Shown: piece by piece, positions 1-8,924 of the stretch
Numbering within the stretch: position 1 is the first letter of the stretch
How the letters are laid out: the number at the start of each line of letters is the position of its first letter
Virus record (IMG/VR): IMGVR_UViG_3300009430_000004
Coordinates: 62,001 to 126,000 of that record
Direction: 5' to 3' (one strand)
Length of the DNA: 64,000 nt
Program-made: the position numbers and the translations under genes
Notes under the pieces: model-generated
Seen by the model: the letters and a program-made list of their open reading frames with translations, nothing else
Databases searched by the model: none
Told to the model about the DNA's origin: nothing

Positions 1-1047
1 CTTAAGAGCATTGAGATATGCTGAAAACTTTTCTTCCAATACTGTCATTAATGCTGATATACTTAATTGATATATCTGCATTGCATTCTTAGCAAATGAT
101 AGTTGGTCAGAATTCAATTTACTATATGTCTGTTTTATATCATCTGTTTCCTTTTGGTTAGCATCACCCTTATTAACAACTTCAACTTTGGTTGGTTGTT
201 TGGAAGCATCTAGAACCTTAGGTTCTTCCTTTTTAGGCTCTTCCTTGGCAGGTGCTTCAGCTTCTAATACTATAAAGTTATCACAGTATTTAAGCTCAGT
301 TTCAGAATATAATGAATTCTCAACCAAGCAGAAACTTTCTTTTGCTGCGATATTCTTTATCATACCTTCAATTGTTTTAATTTCTTTTTCAGCCTTATTC
401 ATTAATCCCTGAATGAACGGCTCTATGTCCTTACCATAATTATAGCAATAGTTTTTGAATTCTTTTACTAGTCTCTCTAAATTAGGACCCTCGAGAGCAA
501 CAGGCTTAATAGGTCCTTTAGGTTGACCACATCTATAGGTATTTTTTAATCCTATAGTAAGATCTCCGTTCTCATCCAGATAATTAGACAATAATTCAGA
601 TTTTAACTTGTTCATATCTGAATAAGTTTCTTTAGACTTAGGATTAGTTGCAGCAGACCTGATTTTGGTCTCAACGGCAGATGCAACATCTCTCATTTTC
701 TCCATAGGCATTTCCCAATAAGGTAATGCACTTATCTTAAGGTCTGCATAGTTTATCTTATCAAGCTTATTAAAGTTATTATCCATCCATTCCTTGTTGG
801 ATTCAAAAAGGCTCTTAGCCTTTCCTTTAAACACATTAATTAGTCTTTGAAAGAATGATTTGATTCGTTCCCATAAACTTTCAGTTTTAGCATTAGTTTG
901 AGTACCAACTTCTTCAAGAAGAATGTGATGGTCTTCCAAACATGCTATCATGAATTCCGACTCGGCTTCCATTCTTTCAAACAGGATTTCATTGAATTCC
1001 TTGTTGAAGAGTATATGTTTAGCGGTTACTTCCATACAGTAATCCAT
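1..1047 (-). CDS. Putative internal head/virion protein, paralogue of the three neighbouring genes; truncated at window edge (not in ORF track)
   Basis: Hand translation from ATG at 1047 behind SD AAAGGAGTG: MDYCMEVTAKHILFNKEFNEILFERMEAESEFMIACLEDHHILLEEVGTQTNAKTESLWERIKSFFQRLINVFK... It has the same W-x-[KR]-IK-x-FF motif as its neighbours; the frame appears open to base 1. Confidence 0.75.
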   Translation of the reverse strand, partial: MDYCMEVTAKHILFNKEFNEILFERMEAESEFMIACLEDHHILLEEVGTQTNAKTESLWERIKSFFQRLINVFKGKAKSLFESNKEWMDNNFNKLDKINYADLKISALPYWEMPMEKMRDVASAVETKIRSAATNPKSKETYSDMNKLKSELLSNYLDENGDLTIGLKNTYRCGQPKGPIKPVALEGPNLERLVKEFKNYCYNYGKDIEPFIQGLMNKAEKEIKTIEGMIKNIAAKESFCLVENSLYSETELKYCDNFIVLEAEAPAKEEPKKEEPKVLDASKQPTKVEVVNKGDANQKETDDIKQTYSKLNSDQLSFAKNAMQIYQLSISALMTVLEEKFSAYLNALK

Positions 1048-1064
1048 TTATATTCACTCCTTTC

Positions 1065-2144
1065 TTAATTTTCTTTCTTCTCTTCTTCTTTTTTATGAGT
1101 CATTGACTTTCTAACTATCACTCTATATAGCTTTAATGCTTCTTTAAGAGCATTAACTTTCTCAACCATTGCTGTTACACAGATATTACCAAGCTCTTTA
1201 GCTTGAGTAAACTTAAAGTTATAGAAAGTATTTATCTTCTCAAGGTCACTAAATGCATAATTCTTCTCAACTTTATTACCAGTATTTTTAATACCATAAC
1301 CACTTTCTTTCTTTTCAATCTTATTCATACCTATGGTCTTATTATTACCCTTGTAATATACACTGGCACTCTTTTCGAAGAATAACTTCATACTGTCTAT
1401 AAGAGCCATTACTTTGTCTCTTTCTTTAACAGCATCATTATATAATTTCTTCGTGTGAGGATAATCGTTGATTATCTTAGTAAGGTATGATTTCTTAACT
1501 TCAATATCTGTTTCCTCATCCTCACCTTTTCTATATAGCTTTCTAGCAGTCTTAACAAATTCGTCTTCTTCTATCTCACCTGACATACCAAGCACATATG
1601 CTCTTAATTTATTCATTTGAGTTGAAGCAACGTATTTATCCTTTTCTTTAATTATGTCACCTTTCTTCTTTCCGTCTAACTGCTCAAGTTCACTGTTGTA
1701 GTCACTAATTATGGCATCTATCTTATCAAGCCTAGGAATACTATCTTGGAATACATAATCATACCCCTTGATAGTGAAGTCTGGATCTAACTTCTGAAGA
1801 TGGTCCTTATATTTAGTTAGGAACGCATCAAAGTCACCGAGATAAGCGTTGATAATCATAAATACTTTCTTCATGAATTCAGTGAACCTTTTCATGAGGT
1901 TTTTGAAGAATCTTATTACAGAATCAATAAAGTCGCCGAATCCTTCTGTAAGTATTTCAAGGCTCTGTTCTTTCATTGATAAATGAGTAACTTGAATATG
2001 ATTCTTGTTAATATCAAAATATTCTTCTTCTAATATTAACATAGTCTCCAAACAAGATTGAGATATATCGAAATCATCAGTTTCACATCTCAGTCTTGAT
2101 GTAGGAGCTGTAGGCTTATTAGTGAAAATATTATTGTATATCAC
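1065..2144 (-). CDS. Putative internal head/virion protein (jumbo-phage paralogue family)
   Basis: 359 aa; acidic N-terminal segment ending ILTE, then amphipathic helix FIDSVIRFFKNLMKRF; late-type promoter at 2173-2184. Confidence 0.65.
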   Translation of the reverse strand: MIYNNIFTNKPTAPTSRLRCETDDFDISQSCLETMLILEEEYFDINKNHIQVTHLSMKEQSLEILTEGFGDFIDSVIRFFKNLMKRFTEFMKKVFMIINAYLGDFDAFLTKYKDHLQKLDPDFTIKGYDYVFQDSIPRLDKIDAIISDYNSELEQLDGKKKGDIIKEKDKYVASTQMNKLRAYVLGMSGEIEEDEFVKTARKLYRKGEDEETDIEVKKSYLTKIINDYPHTKKLYNDAVKERDKVMALIDSMKLFFEKSASVYYKGNNKTIGMNKIEKKESGYGIKNTGNKVEKNYAFSDLEKINTFYNFKFTQAKELGNICVTAMVEKVNALKEALKLYRVIVRKSMTHKKEEEKKEN

Positions 2145-2172
2145 TTATATCACTCCTTTTCTTGTATTCTTT

Positions 2173-2184
2173 TATTAATTTGTT
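2173..2184 (-). promoter_or_regulatory. Late-type phage promoter AACA-N6-TA (representative copy)
   Basis: Intergenic copies upstream of genes. Minus strand: 2173, 4424, 6934, 27554, 34738, 34923, 61626. Plus strand: 7386, 11562, 36311, 39427, 41652 (TG), 46737, 48136, 51320. Matches the AR9 late consensus AACA-N6-T[A/G]. Confidence 0.75.
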
Positions 2185-2195
2185 TGGAATAAAAA

Positions 2196-2231
2196 AATTA
2201 TACTAGATGACCGAAGCCATCTAGTATAATT
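2196..2231 (-). terminator. Intrinsic terminator
   Basis: aattatactagatg-accgaagc-catctagtataatt flanked by an A tract. Confidence 0.75.
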
Positions 2232-2239
2232 CTTATTTA

Positions 2240-3319
2240 TTAAACGTATTTCATTGCAGCTTCAAGGATTGACTCAGCACCTTCGCCAGCTTCGTTGGCA
2301 TCACCATCAAAACCTTCTTTAACAGGTTTGAATGTTAGGTAATGCTTAAGAATAGCTTCGAACTCTCTTGCCATTTCCTTTATGCAGTCAGCTTCAACCT
2401 TTGATAGAGATGAAAGCACAGTTGCTCCGAATCTCAACATTTCAGTTGCATGTGATACATATGGAGAAACCTTTGAATAGTCATCTCCCTTAAACTTGTT
2501 AGCAGCCTTGTCGATAGCTTTTATAATCTTATCGAACTCAGTGTTAACCTTTTGCTCTTCTTTTTCAACTTCCTTAAGAGCCTTGTCTTTTTCTTTGATG
2601 AAGCTCATCATGTATTCTTTGGAGTTACTTGAGAAGTCTTCAAACTCTTCTTTAGTGTCTTCACCATTTCTGAAGGCTTTCTGAACTTCTTCCATAACTT
2701 CTTCAACAGAGTCTCCACCAAGCTTCTTGAGTAATTCTTCTTTTTCATCAGCAGTGTTATACTCTGCTTTGTAAGAAGACTTATTCTTATCAAGTGCATC
2801 ATGATGGCTATCTGATTTAGTAACATCAGCATCAACAACACCGTTTCTGTAAGTGTCCATTGCCATTGTGATTATACCTATATTCTTAGCACATGCATTT
2901 CCGCCAGCATCATAAGTATACTTAAATGTTGTATACTTGAAGCCCTTAGCAGTCTTTCCTCTTAATTCTTTTTCAAACTTCTTAACGAAATCTGAACCAG
3001 AAGTGAAAATTATAGCAAGCATTCTCTTGAACTTGTTGTACCATTCTTTTATTTTAGCCCAAAGCTTGCTGAACATTTCTTTTATTTTAGCCCATACACC
3101 TTTCCCGAAAGCTTCGAGAAGAACTTCTGGGTCAGCAGCACTTTCTAGAACTGCTTCTTCCATCATAACATCAGATATATACATACCTGCTCTGAGCTGG
3201 TAAGAATCTTTAGCAGACTCAGTTATGATTTGATCAAAACATTCATTAGTCGGTTGGATAAATCCAACATTCTCTGTAGCAGGAACGTAGCTTTTTGATC
3301 TATTTCCGAATATAGCCAT
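2240..3319 (-). CDS. Putative internal head/virion protein (paralogue)
   Basis: 359 aa; AVLE/VLLE followed by GVWAKIKEMFSKLWAKIKEW; aligns by eye with 3340..4392 (SG.[DE]F..K[FY]EK.LR....G[FY].Y..FKYT). Confidence 0.7.
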   Translation of the reverse strand: MAIFGNRSKSYVPATENVGFIQPTNECFDQIITESAKDSYQLRAGMYISDVMMEEAVLESAADPEVLLEAFGKGVWAKIKEMFSKLWAKIKEWYNKFKRMLAIIFTSGSDFVKKFEKELRGKTAKGFKYTTFKYTYDAGGNACAKNIGIITMAMDTYRNGVVDADVTKSDSHHDALDKNKSSYKAEYNTADEKEELLKKLGGDSVEEVMEEVQKAFRNGEDTKEEFEDFSSNSKEYMMSFIKEKDKALKEVEKEEQKVNTEFDKIIKAIDKAANKFKGDDYSKVSPYVSHATEMLRFGATVLSSLSKVEADCIKEMAREFEAILKHYLTFKPVKEGFDGDANEAGEGAESILEAAMKYV

Positions 3320-3339
3320 TTTCTTTCCCTCCCTCTATA

Positions 3340-4392
3340 TTAATCTACTTTTTTATACCTGAATGCATTTACGCAGACAGCTTTGTAAGTGTTATTTCTT
3401 TCAGTAACTGCTTCTTTCCAAGCTCTGAACCAGTCAAGAGCAATTGTCTTAGCTTCGCTGAATAATGAAGCTTCTTTCTGAGCAACTTGAACCATTCTAG
3501 CAGCAACGTTTCTAACGTGCTCAGACTTGGTTTTGTCACCAACAGCTTTATCTGAAGCCTTTTCCCATTCTCCAACCTTCTTAATTTTCTTTTCGAAAAT
3601 CTTATCACAATCTTTGATTGCGTCTTCAGCATTCTTAAGGTCTTTGTTAGTCTTAAGAACATTGATGATCTCTCCGATGTTAATCTTAACATCTTCCTTA
3701 TCATTGTCATCAGTAGCTCCATCTCTGAAGTGTGCAAATAGAGCTTCTTTAAACTCTTCATTGTCAAGACTTCCGCTACCAGTAGCATAAGTTCCTCTTA
3801 AGGAATCAAAGAAATCAGATCTTTCTTCATCAATTCTGTCAATGAATTTGTCAAGATCTTCTATCTTAGATCCAGCAGGTTCTGGAACTGCGAATTTCTT
3901 TTCAATTTCTTTCTCTGCAACTTCAAGTAATGTTGAAGCCTTATCACCGTCAAGGTTAGTGTACTTGAACATCTTATACTCATAACCTGAAAGGTTAAGT
4001 TTTCTAAGTTGCTTCTCGTACTTTGTTGCAAACTCTTTGCCTGATTTAAACATTCCGTCGAAGAATCTTACAACAGAAGCAAAGAATTGCTTAATTTTTC
4101 CCCACATTTTCTCGAGGAACGTTTTTATTTTAGCCCAAACGTCTTTGACCATTCCTTCAGCAACAGCTTCGAATTCAGCCATTCTAGCCTCTACTGCACT
4201 TGATTCGGTTAAAATCTTAAGATCTCTCTTAAGGCTAAGTTCTTCCATATCGAGAGCGTGTATAGACTCAATAATTGCTAATTGATCTTCAAAGCCTTCT
4301 TGAATAGCCAGTAAATCTCCATTATTTTCGCAAGAATAACCCTCGAAAACAGGAGCAGTTAAATTAGTAGTATTTCTACCAAATATACTCAT
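3340..4392 (-). CDS. Putative internal head/virion protein (paralogue)
   Basis: 350 aa; ILTE/AVAE followed by VWAKIKTFLEKMWGKIKQFF; late-type promoter at 4424-4435. Confidence 0.7.
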   Translation of the reverse strand: MSIFGRNTTNLTAPVFEGYSCENNGDLLAIQEGFEDQLAIIESIHALDMEELSLKRDLKILTESSAVEARMAEFEAVAEGMVKDVWAKIKTFLEKMWGKIKQFFASVVRFFDGMFKSGKEFATKYEKQLRKLNLSGYEYKMFKYTNLDGDKASTLLEVAEKEIEKKFAVPEPAGSKIEDLDKFIDRIDEERSDFFDSLRGTYATGSGSLDNEEFKEALFAHFRDGATDDNDKEDVKINIGEIINVLKTNKDLKNAEDAIKDCDKIFEKKIKKVGEWEKASDKAVGDKTKSEHVRNVAARMVQVAQKEASLFSEAKTIALDWFRAWKEAVTERNNTYKAVCVNAFRYKKVD

Positions 4393-4463
4393 GATCTACT
4401 CACAACCTTTCTATAATATTTTTTATAAATATGTTTGTAATTGTAATTTAAATAATCTGAAAT

Positions 4464-5462
4464 TTATAATAGTTTAAATCCATTCTGGTCTGTAGATGCA
4501 GACTGGGACTGGATATTGTCGAGCGTCCAGCTCTTATTTTCTTGTTTTAAAGCAACCGCAGTTTTATTTTCTGTTAAACCATGGTTAACCTTTATTCTGT
4601 CTGAAATCTCATTAAGCTTATTAATAGCTTCTTGTTGTTTCTTGAGAATCTCATTTTTCTTCTTAGCAGATACTGTACCAGATTCAAGACTTTGCTTATT
4701 TATCTCAAGCAACCTAGCCTGTTGTTTAAGATAGTCAGCAGTTTTCATTCTAGAATAGTAGAAGAAGAATATTAATTCTCTTATAAGAGGTACTAATACT
4801 ACAACCCCTCCTATTATTAATGTTGGTACAATAAGGTCGTCAACCCCAACAAAACCTTCCTTGCCGCTATTAACAACGGCATTTAATACTCTGGCAAAGT
4901 CTCCTTGTTTAACACTAAGATTGAACTTGTCAAGATTAGTAATACATAAGGAACCTCCTTGCCTAGCATTCTTTATAATGGTGAACTCTACTCGGTCAGG
5001 TCTCTTAATGAAATCCACATAAGAAGCCAGAATAGTGGACACAGCTTCAACACAAGCATATACTAGAGTATTATACTGAAGGATTATAAACTCTTTTTCA
5101 AGCTTGAACCCTTTCTCGAATAAATCTCTGTATGCTGCTATGTTAGATATAGCTTGAGTTACCACATCTATCTCAGCAATCCTAGTATTGGCTTTTGTAG
5201 CAATTTCTTTTATTAAGGACAGTACCGATGTCATTGAGTTGTACCCTGAATAAGCTGTGATGTCACCCTTACTTTGAGGGATGTCATCAAAATCAATATG
5301 AGCTTTGTCAACAGCGGATTTATACAGATTTGATATCATCGCATTGTTAACATTGTTCATCTCAGACTCCATAAGGGAATATAGTCTATTCCTCTCACTG
5401 TAAGTAACAGCGTTTTCTACCAATATTTTCATAACTGGATTTATAGTTATCATTTTTCTCAC
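4464..5462 (-). CDS. Hypothetical virion-region protein with one hydrophobic helix
   Basis: 332 aa; hydrophobic stretch LIVPTLIIGGVVVLVPLIRELIFFFYY; downstream of 5481..6914 in the same operon. Confidence 0.5.
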   Translation of the reverse strand: MRKMITINPVMKILVENAVTYSERNRLYSLMESEMNNVNNAMISNLYKSAVDKAHIDFDDIPQSKGDITAYSGYNSMTSVLSLIKEIATKANTRIAEIDVVTQAISNIAAYRDLFEKGFKLEKEFIILQYNTLVYACVEAVSTILASYVDFIKRPDRVEFTIIKNARQGGSLCITNLDKFNLSVKQGDFARVLNAVVNSGKEGFVGVDDLIVPTLIIGGVVVLVPLIRELIFFFYYSRMKTADYLKQQARLLEINKQSLESGTVSAKKKNEILKKQQEAINKLNEISDRIKVNHGLTENKTAVALKQENKSWTLDNIQSQSASTDQNGFKLL

Positions 5463-5480
5463 CTCACTTTTCTAAAAAAA

Positions 5481-6914
5481 TTAGTATCTGTTAACAAGTT
5501 TGAGCATTTCTTTAAATGTCTTATCATTGGAGTTTTCTTTCTCCAATCCATTAAATGTTACAGATTCGAAGTTATTCTTACCATCGAACATGAAGTGTGC
5601 AATTTGTGTTGAATTGTCAACAACCACAAATCCAAGTAAGAAGTAAGTTTGCATAACTTTGTCTACGAAGTCAGGATTCATCAAATCATAACCGTAGTTT
5701 GTTTTAATATATTCAACTTCTTCCATTGATAACACTATTGAAGCGTTAGGAAGAATTTGAGTTGGTAGCATAATTGCACTCTTGATTTTAGCAAGAGCTC
5801 TTCTTCTCTTTAGTGTGATCCACCATGGAGAAGAACCTGCACTTCTATTTACTACATCATCTTTTATTTCTTTGATATTGAATACGAAATCCTTGAAGAA
5901 ACTAATCTCTCCAGAAGTCCATCTTATGAAATCAAAGAATTTGTTATTACTCTTACATCCGTTAATGATATTTGTTACCATTTCATCGGAATTGATAGGA
6001 TGCATTGTTGCCTTAACTCCGATTATGAAATCAAGGTATCCACCGTCAGTTTTATCTGGTCCAAGAATCTTCACTCTGATATGAAGAGTAGTTGGAACTA
6101 ATTCGTTGGATTTCTTAACATCATTATCAGTTAATACTTTATCGGCAAGTCTAACATCCATTTGACTTGGTGCAAATCTCTTATTCTCAGCAGCCTTAGT
6201 CTCATACTGATTAACAGTAGTGCTTATGATGTTATTAGACATCATATTATTGAGGTTTGTGCTCCTATCCGTATTATTATTAGTAATAGGTCTAGGGCTT
6301 CCCCCTCCTTTACCACCTTTAGCTTCAGTTACGATACTATTATGGTATTTTGAGAGATTCTCATTTGCAAATTTATATAATGTACCACCCGTTGGGATGA
6401 ATTTGTCATTGAGATTATCAAATCTCACATGCTCAAGAACACTTCCAAGAAGCTCCTTGTTCTCAGCAATAACTTTACCAGTAGCACCATCGTATATTCC
6501 AGCTATTACAGCTTTAGTCCCATTTTCACTTACATAAAGTGTATAGTTATCTTTAAGAACATCCACACCAAAATTCATTACATCCATTAAGTCTGACTTA
6601 ACATCTGTATTCTGATGAAATTGTCTTAAGAAACCAGCAGGGTCTTTATCTGCGTCCACTCTAAGAAATGGACTCATAGTGATGGCTACTTGAGTGAAAG
6701 TTGAATACTGTCTTTCAAGAGCTTTCGTAATCATTTGAAGTGTTTGGATATCTAATGATCTAGACACTAGCACTGGAAATTGAAGTGTTCCTTCCATGCT
6801 TCTCTTGGATATTGAAGAATACTTCTTTTTTCTAAAGTATTCATCCATAGTTCCAGCAGCATCTATGTCACGCACGGTGTCTAATATATCCTTTAGAATG
6901 CTCATTTTTATCAC
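5481..6914 (-). CDS. Hypothetical virion structural protein
   Basis: 477 aa, SD AAAGGGTG, late-type promoter at 6934-6945; internal IVTE followed by a G/N-rich linker. Confidence 0.5.
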   Translation of the reverse strand: MIKMSILKDILDTVRDIDAAGTMDEYFRKKKYSSISKRSMEGTLQFPVLVSRSLDIQTLQMITKALERQYSTFTQVAITMSPFLRVDADKDPAGFLRQFHQNTDVKSDLMDVMNFGVDVLKDNYTLYVSENGTKAVIAGIYDGATGKVIAENKELLGSVLEHVRFDNLNDKFIPTGGTLYKFANENLSKYHNSIVTEAKGGKGGGSPRPITNNNTDRSTNLNNMMSNNIISTTVNQYETKAAENKRFAPSQMDVRLADKVLTDNDVKKSNELVPTTLHIRVKILGPDKTDGGYLDFIIGVKATMHPINSDEMVTNIINGCKSNNKFFDFIRWTSGEISFFKDFVFNIKEIKDDVVNRSAGSSPWWITLKRRRALAKIKSAIMLPTQILPNASIVLSMEEVEYIKTNYGYDLMNPDFVDKVMQTYFLLGFVVVDNSTQIAHFMFDGKNNFESVTFNGLEKENSNDKTFKEMLKLVNRY

Positions 6915-7036
6915 CCTTTCTATTAATATGATTTATTAATATGTTTTAAAAACAAAAAAAATATTCACCCTTAACATTGCCTATTATTATAAGGGGTTAA
7001 GGGCAAATAGCGGTTTGGCTCCCGTTATTCTTCTAT

Positions 7037-7210
7037 CTATCTACACATGTTTTCATTAAACATTTTCATTGTTTCTTGTTGTTTATTATAATCATCTTTC
7101 TTCATATAATTATCGAGTTTTTCTTTCCTCGTTTTATTTACCTCTTCTCTGTTTGCTAGCTTACTAGCAACCCCCGTCATCATAATAATTGTTTGTGCTA
7201 AATAAATCAT
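7037..7210 (-). CDS. Small early protein (about 57 aa)
   Basis: The track ORF starts at 7279, but SD GGGAGG precedes the ATG at 7210 (MIYLAQTIIMMTGVASKL...); early-type promoter at 7346-7355. Confidence 0.5.
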   Translation of the reverse strand: MIYLAQTIIMMTGVASKLANREEVNKTRKEKLDNYMKKDDYNKQQETMKMFNENMCR

Positions 7211-7385
7211 AAAAACCATCCTCCCGAATTTTATTTTTAAGTCATCTCTAACTAACGCTATATTGCGGGCGGTTTTCATAAATTATTTTTCACAGTGTCT
7301 AAAAGAGATTGATGTCTTTTATCTTTCTCCTTTATACACATTGTAATAATATATATCTATTCTTTCCATTAAATTTTCAAGTGGA

Positions 7386-7397
7386 AACAAATATATA
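7386..7397 (+). promoter_or_regulatory. Late-type promoter for the baseplate operon
   Basis: AACA-AATATA-TA about 30 nt before the ATG at 7428. Confidence 0.7.
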
Positions 7398-7427
7398 ATT
7401 TAAAATAGAAAAAAAGAAGGTGATATA

Positions 7428-8909
7428 ATGCGTCTTAAAGTTAAAATAACAACAGGTGGTAGTCCACTTAGGATAAGAAGTGGTGCAAGTACATCAACTT
7501 CTGTAGTAGGTTCATTCAACAAGGGTGCTGAAACCATAGTTGTAGAATCACAATCAAGTGGTGGATGGACCTGGTATAAACTAGAAGATGGACGTGGGTG
7601 GATTTGTGGTAAAGAACCTTCTGCAAGCTATAACTATGTTACGGTACTAGAGGATTTAACACCCAAACCTGCTCCGCAACCAGCCCCAGACCCGACACCT
7701 CCAGCACCTGCACCAGATGCACCAAAACCTCAGCCACCAAAAGACCCTCCGCCTCCAGCAGTAGACCATGATAAAATAAATAGTCTAATGGAGAAGAAGG
7801 ATGTAGCTAAGGATATTGTATTTGGTAGTGAGATGAAGGATAAATTTGCTTTCGGGTTACCAGATTATGACCGTATAGATTTTACACCAAATTCGTCAGG
7901 ATTTCCTACATCGGTAGTGGATAATGGTGTAAAAATATATAATTATTTTACTGACACATCGTTCCTTAATAACAATTTAAAGGCTGTTAGGAATAATTTG
8001 AATTTGATAGGTGATGATGGGTTTAAGTCAATCAGTAGAAACCTATTTAGAAGATTTAATAGGTTTAAGGTTGCTTATCCAGATTACCACCTAGGTAAAA
8101 CATTTTCACATGTATTCTTTACAAGACCAGACTTAAATTTGGTCGACCCTTTAGGTGGAGGGAACTATCAGTTAAATTCACAGGTTTCTAATGACCCTGT
8201 GTTTTACTACTTATTTAAAAACAATCCTGAAGTAATCTTATCTTTGACAAGACATTTTTCGGCAGGACATGATTTTCATGCATTTCTGTCTAATACTGCA
8301 AGTTCATTTGAATTGTCAGATGAGTTTATCAAGACTGTTGAACATGGTGAAACCTTTACAGGGTATAAAGTACAGTATGGAAAAAATAATATTGAGTCTA
8401 GAACTGCTGGGTCATTCTCGGTCAGTTATATAGATGACCAGGATTTCTCAGTTTATAAAACTCACAAAGCTTGGATAGAATATATCTCAAGGGTGTATCG
8501 TGGCGAGATAAAAGCCGACCGTGATTATATAAAGAAAAAAATATTAGACTATGCTTGTAGTGTATACTACATAGTCTGTGGACCAGATGGAGAAACTATT
8601 TTATTCTGGTCTAAATATTATGGAGTATTTCCAACAAATGCTCCTTCGAGCACACAAAGCTGGTCAAGAGGAAACATGGTTAAAATGCCAGAATACTCTA
8701 TAAACTATGCTTACGCATTTAAAGAAGATTTCAGCCCTCTGTCTTTAGCAGAATTTAATAAAAATAGCACAGGTTATTATTTGTACAAGAAGACATATGA
8801 AAAAGAATTATTGTCAACTGGTAAAGCAATGGCTGGTGCTCCATTTATTGAGACTAGACAGGATAATTCAGGAGGGTATGACTTCAAATTGAAATTCCGA
8901 TATTTTTAA
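7428..8909 (+). CDS. Tail/baseplate structural protein with N-terminal SH3b domain and Pro-rich linker
   Basis: SH3b signature PLRIRSGASTS...WYKLEDGRGWI; PKPAPQPAPDPTPPAPAP linker; beta-rich, tail-tube-like C-terminal region; adjacent to the baseplate wedge gene. Confidence 0.65.
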   Translation: MRLKVKITTGGSPLRIRSGASTSTSVVGSFNKGAETIVVESQSSGGWTWYKLEDGRGWICGKEPSASYNYVTVLEDLTPKPAPQPAPDPTPPAPAPDAPKPQPPKDPPPPAVDHDKINSLMEKKDVAKDIVFGSEMKDKFAFGLPDYDRIDFTPNSSGFPTSVVDNGVKIYNYFTDTSFLNNNLKAVRNNLNLIGDDGFKSISRNLFRRFNRFKVAYPDYHLGKTFSHVFFTRPDLNLVDPLGGGNYQLNSQVSNDPVFYYLFKNNPEVILSLTRHFSAGHDFHAFLSNTASSFELSDEFIKTVEHGETFTGYKVQYGKNNIESRTAGSFSVSYIDDQDFSVYKTHKAWIEYISRVYRGEIKADRDYIKKKILDYACSVYYIVCGPDGETILFWSKYYGVFPTNAPSSTQSWSRGNMVKMPEYSINYAYAFKEDFSPLSLAEFNKNSTGYYLYKKTYEKELLSTGKAMAGAPFIETRQDNSGGYDFKLKFRYF

Positions 8910-8924
8910 AAAAGGGGTGATAAA

